Positions 25,099 through 38,194 of a stretch of DNA of 64,000 nucleotides are shown piece by piece. The position numbers and the translations under genes are program-made. The first letter of the stretch is position 1, and each line of letters opens with the position of its first letter. Under the pieces are notes generated by a model. That model had not been told where the DNA came from. It saw only the letters and a list, made by a program, of their open reading frames with translations, and made no database searches. This DNA is from Octopus sinensis (taxonomy: Eukaryota): positions 43,772,001 to 43,836,000 of the forward strand of contig NC_043015.1 of the NCBI RefSeq assembly GCF_006345805.1, in the 5' to 3' direction.

Positions 25099-25740
25099 TG
25101 ATTACATCAATGCTAAATTGATGCTTATTTGAGCGATCCTGGAGAGATGAAAGACAAAAATCAACTTCGGCGGATTCATAACGTATTCACCGATCTGGTT
25201 CGGAACACAGAGCTGGAAAAAGTGCCGCTAAGCATATTGTCCGGCACGCCAATGTTTCAGTCAGCCCGAAGTTATTTCTGTTTTGATGTGTTTTCTAACA
25301 CATCCGCACCAAAGACCTACCCTGTATCTTCTCTTAACCACCTGTTGCTTTGAACATTAGATTTCGTTAGTATTTCATTTGAGAATATTTTCCCTTTCAT
25401 ATTATGCACTGTTTGTTTCGTAAACCTTTCCAATGTAGTGAACGCTGACAATGTCCTCTCCAACCCAACTCATAATAATTCTAAATGCTAAGTCACATCT
25501 ATAGCATACCTCTATAAAACTATACGCCTACAGTATACACTGTAGACATAATTCTGTTGTCTGCTTTAAAATAGAATTTCTTTTCTGTGAAACTCTGGTA
25601 TAATATATTAGATTAAACTTTATATATAAAAATGTTTCTCAAAATTGGCTGTGAGTGAAGACGCCGCATCTCTCTTTAGGAGTTGAACCTTTCAAGGAAG
25701 TATGGAGAAATAGGAAAATTTGATGTTTGTAAGTCTAGTA

Positions 25741-26927
25741 CGAGTATCGTCTGAAACGTTCATAGGCTGGCCAAGATGCTCTCATAGAATGTAACCAAAT
25801 AAGGTTTATTTTTCAACATAGTCTCTTTTACAGCTCACACATCTCTTCCATCGGTGTTGCAGTGTTGTGTTCCCATTGGTGAAGAAGCCCTCAGCCTCTT
25901 GCTCAAAAAGTCACCAGCAAATATGATATCGTCATCACTACGATACTGGTTCCTAGCTATGTGCTTTTTACACGCTGGGGAATATTTGATAGATGGAAAC
26001 CAGGGGATCAACCAGATCAATGCAATAATCACGCACAACAGTCAATGAAACCAACAACTTATGTGCTGGATAAAATAAGACCCCTTTCGTCAGTTTTCCT
26101 GGCCTTTGGTCTTAAAGTCTTTCATAACTGCCTCAGGAAGTTAGCTCATTACTTTCCATTGATAGTATGGCCCTTTTGAAGATAGTCAACAACTCAATGT
26201 CTTTGACGTTCTTTGGAACAGGCGAGGAGTTGTGTTTCCACTGCATAGATTGTTTCTTTGTCTCCAGGTCAAAGTGATGAACCGAACAATCATCCTGGCT
26301 TAGGAAACGTTCAGGGAAACCCGCTGGATCTGCCTTAAACCAGGTCACATTTTCCCGTGATGTGATCAGCTTAGTGCGCTTTTGATCAGGTGTCAGACAA
26401 CGTAGCAGCCTCTGAGCAGAAACTTTTGGCATGCCAAGTTCATTGTAGACAATATTCTCAACTCTGTTACAGGATATGCTAATGACATTGACTTTATAAT
26501 TTATAGTCAATCGCCGGTCATCCATGAACACGATCAATGTTTTCCTTGTTCAAACTTTGCAGGATGTTCAAACTTTGTGTCAGCTTCAAGACACTCCGTT
26601 CTCCTCATAATTAAACTGGCAACCTTTGCCTGTTGATAAAGCTAGAGCGTCACTCTCTAATGTATTAACCATGTCATCATGAATGTTGTTGGGGCTAAAC
26701 CCTTTTCCTGCACGTACATGACAAAACCACAGTGCCAAATTTTGCATTTTGCCCATATTGAGGAGAAGTCACTACTAGTTTCTTTTGAAGTCATCTTTGA
26801 ACAGTTAGTTTACTGGGAAACTTTAATGCCTTTATTAATAAGTCGAACTGAAATTAATGCATGAAAGAGTTACACGTCCAGGACCACAACTTCATGGTCA
26901 GCTTATGAACTTTTCAGCTCAACCTGG
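25741..26927 (-). mobile_element. Decayed mariner (Tc1/mariner) transposon, ~1.19 kb
   Basis: TA on both flanks; TIR cores ctgaaacgttcataggctggcc / ggtcagcttatgaacttttcag; ORF 26133-26537 has KVSAQRLLRCLT (cf. WVPRLLT) and FLSQDDCSVHHF...KQSMQWKH. Confidence 0.9.
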
Positions 26928-27123
26928 TAAATAGGTTTATATATATTATATCATATCCCGATACTGTGTGCACATGGTTCCCTATTGAAGAGGCAGCGAT
27001 ATTAAATGAAGTGTTCAACGCTTAGAATATGCAAATTTGTATCTCCAGCTCCCTGAAGCTATTAGATTTGAAGGGTATGAGGGTATGTAAATAGATTGTC
27101 AACTTATTTCTCTGTGATGTAGA

Positions 27124-27168
27124 CACCGCTGATGAGGCTCCAATAAGGGCCGAAAATCGATTAAAGCG
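27124..27168 (+). ncRNA. Hammerhead-like motif with an unpaired stem I
   Basis: CTGATGA-ggctc caataa gggcc-GAA-AATCGATT (perfect palindrome)-A; the flanks do not form stem I. Confidence 0.4.
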
Positions 27169-27341
27169 TTTCATATTTTCTTTTTCAAATTTAAGTAGAA
27201 ATTGGTAAACTAACATGTTTATATATACGCATACGCACGCATATATATGTGCGTATATGCATGTGTGTGTATGTGTGTTTATCTATATCTATAGTATATA
27301 AATATTATATATAAATATATTATATAATATATATATATTAT

Positions 27342-27396
<55 letters not shown>

Positions 27397-27853
27397 GTAC
27401 ATACACAGAGTTATATGTGTTTGTGTATGTTATTTGTTGTAGATGTATCATTTTGAAATATTTACAATATTTTCAGACATGTTTATTAGACGAGAAATAT
27501 TTAATAAAATTTTTTTTATTTACACACTTGTACTGTAAAAATAAACAACAGAATCAAAATATACTTAAAAGAACATCATTGAAAATATTGGGGAAAAAAA
27601 AAACCTACCAAAAAGTTGAAGTGTTTTCTTCATTCTTTCGGAATTTATATTTATTTTTATTAGATTCTATTTCCAAAGCTCTTTCAAACTTTGTAGTTTG
27701 TAATTTACATCTACTTGCTAAGTTTGAGAAAAAAACTTTTAAGAAGCCCAAGAAATAACCTCGACAAGTGTGATTTACTTGTCATTGTTAGCTATACCTG
27801 TTGTGTACATGCGCTTAATATAAGAACATTTTTATAACGTACAAATGTGGGAA

Positions 27854-28235
27854 GCACTCTTTCGGTTACGACGATGAGGGTTCCGGTTGATCCGAATCAA
27901 CGGAACAGCTGCTCGTGAAATTAACGTGTAAGTGGCTGAGCACTCCACAGACCACGTGTACCTAACGTAGTTCTCAGGATATTCAGCGTGACACAGAGAG
28001 TGACAAGGCCGGCCCCTTGAAATACAGGTACAACAGAAACAGGAAGTAAGAGTGGAGTGAGAGAAAGTTGAGGCGAAAGAGTACAACAGGGTCGCCACCA
28101 CCCCCTGCCGGAGCCTCGTGGAGCTTTTAGGTGTTTTCGCTCAATAAACACACACAACGCCCGGTCTGGGAATCGAAACCGCGATCCTCCGACCGCGAGT
28201 CCGCTGCCCTAACCACTGGGGCATTGCGTCTCCAC
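27854..28235 (-). mobile_element. SINE family D, full length
   Basis: tRNA-like head gtggagacgcaatgccccagtggttagggcagcgg...gtttcgattcccagacc and tail ending gtaaccgaaagagtgc. Confidence 0.85.
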
Positions 28236-28724
28236 GTACAAATGTACGTACGGTGTTAAAATGAAACTAAGGTTTTTTGATGATTTTGTTTTATAGATAC
28301 GGTTTAGAAACGTGTAGGTTCGGTAAGGCCGAATGGTTAAGATGTTAGCCTCGCATCTACAAGGTCTCAGTTTCGATTCTATTGCTGGTTAATTTGCGTA
28401 TGCCTTCTGAATGAAGTTGGGTAAACAAAAATTGTATAAAAGGCAGTCAAGTGGACTCTACCTGTAATGTAGAAGTTAAGGCCTTGTCACACGCAGTGTT
28501 ACTCGATACGTTGATTCTGTCTGAGAAATATGGTAGGTATATATTCACGAATCTGGAATATACGTCAATTCAACGATCAGGTTATTCAGAAGATTCAGCA
28601 GTTGTATCGTCATCGACAGACGACGGAAATCCATCCCCATAACACATAATCTGAAAATCGCAGGAGAAATTTTCAAAGATGAAAATGAAACAAACCAATA
28701 ATATAAAAATATAAATGCACTCTT

Positions 28725-28961
28725 TTAAAACCTAGCCAGGCTCATGGGCCCAGTTTCCCGGTTTCTATGGCGTATGTGTTCCCCAGCTGGACAGGATGCC
28801 AGTCCATCGCAGCGTTACTCATTTCTGCCAGCTGAGTGGACTGGAGCAACGTGAAATGAAGTGTTTTGCTCAAGAAGACAACGCGTCGCCCGGTCCAGGA
28901 ATCGAAACCACAATCTTACGATCATGGTGCTGACACTCTAACCACTAAGCCACGCGCCTCC
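28725..28961 (-). mobile_element. SINE family C, full length
   Basis: Reverse complement of 50764-50997. Confidence 0.85.
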
Positions 28962-30086
28962 GGGAAACAAACCAATAAAGTAAATATTTCTCTTTTGAAA
29001 GACTAATATATTCTATACATGTGTTCTAATTATCATAGGATCACATGAGGAAAGTTTGACGAAGTATATTTCTTTCTATCTATTCAGTTATTCTATATGA
29101 CGATTAGTGAACAATAACGTCGTTGGTTTAAATGATTTCAACCGCTGTTCATTTTCATAATAGTTTTCATGCCGTGTGTCACATCTGGTGCTTAGTCGAT
29201 GCAAAACTAATTCTTTTCGTAAAACATGAAGCTTAATCTTTATTGCTGTTCTTCGTATAGTTTTTCGCCGATACACATCAATTAAAATTTACACCACCAA
29301 GCATACAACACAACATATATTTGAGTTTGAGGCTAATTTGGCTAACAAAATAGAAGAAATAGAGGATACATGTTGAAACGGCGTTGCTACTGGTTCGATC
29401 CCATAACAGAGCACGTTTTGTTGGTAAAGTATCAGGTTCAACAAACTACTCTCTAAAAGAAGGTGCATCGTATATACACAAACGTATATATAAAAGTAAA
29501 GGTGTAATGGTCACTTTGGGAATGTTGTATATCAGAAATATGTTTATCAGGGTTAATTTGGGTCTAAGCAAAACAACAACGAAAAAAGAACACATTAGAA
29601 AGTGTATTCGTATACTTTGACGGGATGGTCATGATTGGAATGCTTTTGATCTCATATTTGTTCAATAAACGTTAACAGTTTTTAAATACATTCCTGTTGA
29701 AATACGCTGTTTTTACTTCAATAAATTTTTGAAATTAATGAAGAATCCAAGTAAAACAATTTTGTCGTTAGAATCCTTTTGTTACCAACATTTTTTGACA
29801 CACGCTTCGTTTCAGTTAAAAGTAATGAAAATTTATGAAAACAATTTTGTCGTCGAAATACAATGATTTGGTTTCAATTGATTAAAAAAAAATTAATGAA
29901 CAAGTTAATACAATAACTATCCTCATTCGCCATTTTCTACTCTCGAAATACACTGTCTTGGCTACAATAAATTTTGGAATATTATGGAAAATTAGGGAAA
30001 GTTACTTTCTTTTTATTAATCCATATGCTACTATATTTCAGTTGAAACAATCGCATTTCAATAATGAAGAATATTGTAAAAAAACG

Positions 30087-30456
30087 CTTTCTACTCTATG
30101 CACAAGGCCCGAAATTTTTGATCAACCACAGTATGCAACTAGTACTTAATTTATCGACCCCGAAAGGATGGAAGGCAAAGTCGACCTCGGCGGAATTTGA
30201 ACTGAGTTTGTAAAGACAGACAAAATACCTATTTCTTTACTACCCACAAGAGGCTAAACACAGAGAGGACAAACAAGGACAGACAAACGGATTAAGTCAA
30301 TTACATCGATCCCAGTGCGTAACTGGTACTTAATTTATCGACCCCGAAAGGATGAAAGGCAAAGTCGACATTGGCGGAATTTGAACTCAGAACGTAACGG
30401 CAGACGAAATACCGCATTTCGCCCGGCGAGCTAACGTTTTGTCAGCTCGCCGTCTT
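30087..30456 (-). mobile_element. Family B SINE with an internal tandem unit
   Basis: Two copies of gtacttaatttatcgaccccgaaaggatg.aaggcaaagtcgac...gaatttgaact. Confidence 0.8.
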
Positions 30457-31033
30457 AATATATTAAAATAACCGTCGTTATTAAATTGATGTTTAGTACT
30501 GAAATCGTAAAACTGTGATGAAAAACTTTAATTTTGATCCCTTAAGATGATGAAGATTCTATCATAGAAACCTGTTTTGTCTTAAGCAGGTGGGTTGGCA
30601 TCAAAAGGGTTAAAATAAGGTAAATGAACACGATTAAAACTATTCTGGAATATTTACGGGAATTATTGTGTTGTAGATTTAAGAAGTTTCCATTCTCTTT
30701 TGTACTTTCTTTACTTCGTTTCGTGTTATGCTAAAAGTTTCGCCTTCTAAGTAAGAAATCCGCATCGTCCTACATACTGAGGAATACGCCATAGATGTTA
30801 CGATGAACAGCGACTGACGTGATCGCTGGCTATGGTGGTGTCAGATGTTTTTATTTTAACAAGATCGCTTCAAGATTACTTGAATCGTGCTGCGAAAGAA
30901 GTCAATACGACAGTTACACACACAGTTATACACATTCGCACACACACACACACACACTAACGAACTCCTGCATGTGGATACATGTATGTGTCTCTTTGTT
31001 TGTCTCTCTCTCATAATATATATATATACAGAT

Positions 31034-31070
<37 letters not shown>

Positions 31071-31072
31071 CA

Positions 31073-31502
31073 CTTTACTCTCTTTTACTCTTTTACTTGT
31101 TTCAGTCATTTGTCTGCGGCCATGCTGGAGCACCGCCTTTAGTCGAGCAAATCGACCCCGGGACTTATTCTTTGTAAGCCCAGTACTTATTCTATCGGTC
31201 TCTTTTGCCGAACCGCTAAGTGACGAGGACGTTAACACACCAGCATCGGTTGTCAAGCAATGCTAGGGGGACAAACACAGACACACAAACACAGACACAC
31301 ATACATATATATGTATATATATATATATGCATATATACGACAGGCTTCTTTCAGTTTCCGTCTACCAAATCCACTCACAAGGCATTGGTCGGCCCGGGGC
31401 TATAGCAGAAGACACTTGTCCAAGATGCCACGCAGTGGGACTGAACCCGGAACCATGTGGCTGGTTAGCAAGCTACTTACCACTCAGCCACTCCTGCGCC
31501 TA
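31073..31502 (-). mobile_element. SINE family A, full length
   Basis: Reverse complement of 21416-21830. Confidence 0.85.
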
Positions 31503-31710
31503 TGTATATATGTATATATATACAATCAAACATCTATCTATCAATCTATTTATCATACTGCTGTCTGTTAGAAGGGATAATTTTAAGTGCTTCTTTATTA
31601 TAACGAAGTTTAGTGTGTCATAGTGGCTGATGTTAACAGAACTGATGTTAACAAAAGTTACTAAGATGCGTCTCGTCAAAGACATCAGTACGATAATTAC
31701 TCTTATACAT

Positions 31711-32160
31711 GGCGGCGAGCTGGCAGAAACGTTAGCACGCCGGGCGAAATGCTTAGCGGTATTTCTTCTGCCGCTATTTCTTCTGCCCTTGTGGGTAGTA
31801 AAGAAATAGGTATTTCTTCTGCCGCTACATTCTGAGTTCACATTCCCCGAGGTCGACTTTGCCTTTCATCCGTTCGGGGTCGATAAATTAAGTACCAGTT
31901 ACGCACTGGGGTCGATAAAATCGACTTAACCCGTTTGTTTGTCCTTGTTTGTCTCCTCTGTGCTTAACCCCTTGTGGGTAGTAAAGAAATAAGTATTTCG
32001 TCTGCCTTTACGTTCTGAGTTCAAATTCGACCGAGGTCGACTTTGTCTTTCATCCTTTCGGGGTCGATAAATTAAGTACCAGTTGCATACTGGGGTCAAT
32101 CTAACAGACTTAATCCCCTCACCCAAATTTTGGGCTTTGTGCCTTTGAGTAGAAAAGAAA
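31711..32160 (+). mobile_element. Family B SINE with an internal tandem unit
   Basis: Head ggcggcgagctggcagaaacgttagcacgcc, then two body copies. Confidence 0.8.
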
Positions 32161-32379
32161 TTACTCTCATACATATACGCCCACACACGTCGTTGGACAT
32201 GTGTGCTTGCGTATATGTATTCCGCCCTCCGTTTGTATATTAACACCTTTCTGTTATCAGCACAAGGCCTGAAATTTGGGGGAGAGGGATAGTCGATTAC
32301 ATCGACCCCCCCCCAGTACTTAACGCGATGTATATAGTGAGATAGTGTATGTGTGCATATGTATATGTACGTATTTGTG

Positions 32380-32680
32380 TGTAAGAGAGAGAGAGGAAGA
32401 GAATGGGGGAGAGAGACAAAGAGAATGGTATATAGACAGGTAATGTATGCGTTTGTGAGAAAGACTAAGAGAGAGAGAGAGAGAATGAGGGGAGAGAGAC
32501 AAAGAGAATGGTATATAGACAGGTAATGTATGCGTTTGTGAGAAAGACTAAGAGAGAGAGAGAGAGAGATAGAGAGAATGAGAGAGAGAGAATGAGGGGA
32601 GAGAGACAAAGAGAAAGGTATATAGACAAATAATGTATGCGTTTGTGAGGAAGACTAAGAGAGAGAGAGAAATCGAAAGA
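32380..32680. repeat. Minisatellite x3 with variable (GA)n
   Basis: gagagagacaaagagaatggtatatagacaggtaatgtatgcgtttgtgagaaagactaa occurs three times. Confidence 0.9.
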
Positions 32681-33682
32681 AGGAGAGAGAGGAGACTAAA
32701 ATGAATGAAAAAAAATCCATGTAATTTTGCAATTTAATATAGATTCTCTCCTTTTTTCTTTTGTAGGTTTAGCTAAATGGGATTTGGAGAAATATTTCAT
32801 GTTTAGAATATTTAATTCAATCACATTATGATGGGGAAAAATACACCTAAAATAACAAAGGAAAAACACTTCTGTCTCGTTATGAAATTCACTTCTGGCT
32901 GTTTTTTTTTTAAATATCAATTTCCAATCTTCATAAGAGAATTTTCTCACTTAATTTATTATCATTTGTTTGAACTGTTTTTTGAGCACAATGAGGAAGC
33001 GTTGGGTATAATAAGTTATCACGTCTTACAATAGTCTCTGATATCATAACTCTGAACATAGGTAGACTCAGGCAGTTTTCTGTTTGCAAGCTGTTCCCAT
33101 TAAATTCCAAAGTTTTTCAGTGGAATTATCTCAGGAACTCCGACAAAAGATATGGTGTCTCGCAATTTCTATCACGCTATTACAGACGAGAAATTCATAC
33201 TTAATTTAAAATCACTCGTTTGTACCATTTTTTTTTTAGTGAAATGAGGAATAATGGAATTACAGCAATTATTTAACCCTTCTTGTAATAGTTTCCGACG
33301 TCATTACTTTGAATACACTTAGAGTGCGGCAGTTTCCTGTTTCCAAGATATTCATAGTAAAATCTTAAACATTTCTTATGAAATCTATCAAGAATTACGA
33401 CGATAAATATGGTAACATGTAATTTTGTTACGTTTATTGGATATGTAAGCATCTTTCATTAAGGAACCACATTATTGCTAGGAACGTATTAAAAATGAAA
33501 AACACAGATTCTATTTCAAAATATGCATTGATATAAATGTAGATTTATGTGTTTCTGAACAGAGGTGAGTTGTTGTTTCTGAATACATCGCTCGTGTTCT
33601 ATCCAGAAGCACATAGAAATAAACTTAAACCCGCAACCCATATTCTGCTCATGCAGTAGCTTATAAATTCGGCCATTATACC

Positions 33683-34100
33683 AATTTCTTTACTACCCAC
33701 AAGGGGCTAAACACAGAGGAGAAAAACAAAGACAGACAGACGGATTAAGTCGATTATATCAACCCCAGTGCGTAACTGGTTCTTAATTTATCGACCCCGA
33801 ACGGATGAAAGGCAAAGTCGACCTCGGTGGAATTTGAACTGAGAACGTAACGGCAGACGAAATACGTATTTCTTTACTACCCACAAGGGGCTAAACACAG
33901 AGGGGACAAACAAGGACATACAAACGTATTAAGTCGATTATATCGACCCCAGTGCGTAACTGCTACTTAATTTATCGACCCCGAAAGGATGAAAGGCAAA
34001 GTCGACCTCGGCGGAATTTGAACTCAGAACGTAACGGCAGACGAAATACGGCTACGCATTTCGCCCGGCGTGCTAACGTTTCTGCCAGCTCGCCGCCTTA
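33683..34100 (-). mobile_element. Family B SINE dimer (period ~184 bp)
   Basis: atttctttactacccacaaggggctaaacacagag at 33684 and 33868. Confidence 0.85.
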
Positions 34101-34159
34101 ATGTATATTTAATATTCCAAGTGTCACAAGACGACGAAATGGCAGGTCTTTAACACATC

Positions 34160-34725
34160 GTACAAAACGCTTAGCGGCATTTCGCTATTCCCTACATTCT
34201 GAGTTTATATTCCACCGAGATTTTTGCCTTTCATCTTTCGGGGTCAATTAAATAAGTACCAGTTACGCACTGGGGTCGATATAATCGACTTAATCTGTTT
34301 GTCTGTCCTTGTCTGTCCTCTCTGTGTTTAGACCCTTGGTATTTCATCTGCCATTACGTTCTGAGTTCAAATTTCGCCGATGTTGACTTTACGTTTCATC
34401 CTTTCATCTTTCGGGGTCAATACGTTTCATGCCTTTCATCTTTCGGGGTCAATTAAATAAGTACCAGTTACGCACTGGGGTCGATATAATCGACTTAATC
34501 TGTTTGTCTGTCCTTGTCTGTCCTCTCTGTGTTTAGACCCTTGGTATTTCATCTGCCATTACGTTCTGAGTTCAAATTTCGCCGATGTTGACTTTACGTT
34601 TCATCCTTTCGGGGTCGATTAAATAAGTACCAGTTACGCACTGGGGTCGATATAATCGACTTAATCCGTTTGTCTGTTCTTGTTTGTTCCCTCTATATTT
34701 AGGCCCCTGTGGGCAATAAAGAAAT
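34160..34725 (+). mobile_element. Family B SINE trimer
   Basis: Three body copies (...taaataagtaccagttacgcactggggtcgatataatcgacttaatc...). Confidence 0.85.
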
Positions 34726-35949
34726 AAATATTAAATATACACACACTGTATCAATGCTCTGTCATGTTATGATGCGTAAACAATTATTCTTGTTTTGTAC
34801 ATGGAATTTCCTACTCACCTTTAATTAATTAAATCACAGAAGAATATAATGAAATTAATAGCGTTAAGAACTAACAGCTGACGGCCTTTTCAGTAAAGAT
34901 ATAGGGTTGCTTGTTAACGTTTTTCGCTGTGTTTCTACAATATATTGCCACATGTGGAATAAGGATTATGTTTCTGCTTGATTTTGCAGGAAGTAGATTT
35001 ATTTCTCATTTATTTGCGGCTTAGAAGTTGTGCATAGGATCAATGTATTCTTGTATTCTTGTATTCTTGCGACTCTCCAAACAATTAACTGAAGTTCTTT
35101 GGTATCAGAATAATCAAATTCAGAAAATAATAATAATAATAATATGAAGAAGAAGTAAAAAAAAAAAGATGTGTTGCAGCGTTGAATGAATTGAATCCCA
35201 TTTGACATGTTAGCTAGATGGCTTATATAATCTATGCAAGATCCGTTCACAGGAGAATCAAAACTGATTTGTAAAGAGCTGGATCTTCCGAACGAAGGAA
35301 CCAACCCTGTCATAACAAACAATGCTATTGTACGAAACTGCATCGTATAAATAATATGAGAAAATTTAATTTCCTTCAAAACCCTCATTATATTGTGGGT
35401 TTCATATCTCAAGTTTTATGAGATATCTCATATAAATAACGTTATATTCGCGATATTATTTCGTCGTAAATGATATCTGATTTTTGTGTTTCGATAGAGC
35501 AACGAAATTCTATTTCTAGTAGCAAAGCCTTTACACAACAGAAAATCTCTTAGAATTTGGTGCTAATTCGCTTCTTGAGAGACGTACTAGAAGTTAAAGT
35601 TTATTGGAATTCCACAAACCTGGGAATAATGACATTTTGACACTATCTCTTTTATATCATATATCTATCGTTAGAAAGAGTCAGAATTATAATTGTTCCA
35701 CATATAGTAATATAAATGGAAATTGCTCTTACAATACTGAAACGTGTGTACAAGAAAATATAAATATATATTATTGTAAACCTCGTGTGTAAAGAAACCG
35801 AATATGAGAAGAAAAAAAACACTAACAAGTCAACCAGGTATATACGTGTGGAAAAATATACCATTTGGGTTTAGAAATAACCGAGGAATATTTAAGAACT
35901 ACAAATAGAGAAACGCTATATGATATATATCAGGGATATATATCATATA

Positions 35950-36178
35950 TATCTGTAAATATAATATGTGATAATTATTCGGTAGCCATTATAAAACTCC
36001 GAGTTTCGGTTGTCGGGGAGTAATGCCACGCTGTCATCTCTTCAGTTATCGGGCCATCGAAAAAATGCTATGAAAATGCTACGAAAAGTGATGGTGGCGT
36101 GGGTTTCCGCTCCAACATCCGAAACTCGGAGTTTTATCATGGCTACCCGATAATTGTCACATATTATATTTAAAGATA
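35950..36178. mobile_element. 229-bp fold-back element with ~70-bp arms; hammerhead-bearing pLTR-like remnant
   Basis: tatct.taaatataatatgtga.aattat.cggtagccat.ataaaactccgagtttcgg is inverted at 36110-36178. Confidence 0.8.
35991..36049 (-). ncRNA. Type I hammerhead-like motif (GUU site)
   Basis: ataa-CTGAAGA-gatg...aacc-GAA-ACTC g GAGT-T-ttat; stem II is weak in this copy. Confidence 0.5.
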
Positions 36179-36241
36179 AATTCCTCTATTTACATAATAT
36201 CGACGTCTCTTTCATTCTTTTGTTTTCTTACCATTTCTATC

Positions 36242-36289
<48 letters not shown>

Positions 36290-36410
36290 TTATATATATA
36301 TATATATCTATATATATATATATATATTATATATATTGTGTGTATATATATATATATTATATATATATATATGTATGTACATATGTATATATGTATATAT
36401 ATATATATAT

Positions 36411-36682
36411 GGAGGCGCAATGGCCCAGTGGTTAGGGCAGCGGATTCGCTGTCGTTGTGAGTGCTTAAAACACCTAAAGCTCCTCGAGGCTCCGACAGGG
36501 GATGGTGGCGACCCCTGCTGTACTCTTTCGCCACAACTTTCTCTCACTCTTTCTGCTATTGGCCTGCTCGCTTAGCCAGCGGGGTGGCGTCATTTGAAGG
36601 CTAAAAAAACAATGCTAAGCGCATTGTGACCAGCGATGTGTAGCAACATCTGATAGAATGGTAGGTCACAGTGATCACGGTG
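36411..36682 (+). mobile_element. SINE, D-type head with a different (E) tail
   Basis: ggaggcgcaatggcccagtggttagggcagcgg head; the tail ggcctgctcgcttagccagcggggtggcg... is not seen elsewhere in the window. Confidence 0.7.
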
Positions 36683-37418
36683 ATATATATGTATATATAT
36701 ATATGAACATGAATCCTCATAGATGCTTAGCAAACACCTTAACCACTGAGCCATGATTGCACCTCGTTGCTTAACCATACAGGGCTTCTTAACCATTCAA
36801 ATATTCCCATGTATTGATTTCATAGATATACCGTGAGGCAAATCCCATCTCCAGCATCACCATTCTTATCCTATTTCATTTTGAAATATGTATGGAATGA
36901 TAAAATATCTAGACTCTACGGTAGAATGTCATGAAATAGTTCTAATCTTCTTACAAAGGGAAAGTTAATGGAAATCTTCGAAGATAGATATTGGTTATAT
37001 TCCTGGTTGAGAAGAACTTCAAGAAATGTCTCCAATTCCTATAATTTATTGATTTGTACTAAACGGCAACTGGTTTAATACATTGAGTAAAGAAAGGAGA
37101 CTGTGCGTGGCTGTTCAATTTGCTAGATATAGTAGACAACATCGTCTGAAATTTTGTCATGTTGTCTTATAAAACGAGAAACATTTTGACGTATACTAAC
37201 AAAATATGCGATTTTCATGTCTAGAACTCCTTTGATCACTTGACTTAAAAAGAGTTGGTTGGAGGCTATACAACAATAACAACAACAACAACAACAACGA
37301 TAAAAACAACAGAAGCAACAACAATGCTTACCAATCTTTGGGAAGGATTCTCTGTGGTCTTTATTTTGTTACATGCATTATCCCTGAAAGTACAGCTTTC
37401 CTCCGTTGTTTCATCGTC

Positions 37419-37866
<448 letters not shown>

Positions 37867-38080
37867 TATGAACATTTTCCATGCAGATGTTTAGAACAAT
37901 CGTGCAAACAACTGCTTGATGAGGTTACTGGATAGTCAATTAAATTATATCCGAATTCTTTTTGAAACTCCGCTCTCTCTCTCTTTTGCCGAATCGCTAA
38001 GTTACAGAGAAATATATAGTGGTTGCCATGTTGGAGAAGAAAAGAGAAATACGCGCCTACATACACACATACAAACTCAC

Positions 38081-38194
<114 letters not shown>

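Noticed and set aside
27863-27925. Hammerhead-like GAUGA...GAAA in the family D tail
   Set aside because: Lacks C3U4 and a valid NUH in all copies.
27854-28235. tRNA genes at SINE heads (also at 36411, 44046 and 50764)
   Set aside because: A/B-box-like motifs continue into repeat bodies; no complete cloverleaf or acceptor stem.
34999-35412. 137-aa ORF with a signal-peptide-like start (MQFRTIALFVMTGL...)
   Set aside because: Runs into T-rich simple repeats with no good donor; the opposite strand gives an equally plausible short ORF; no recognisable domain.
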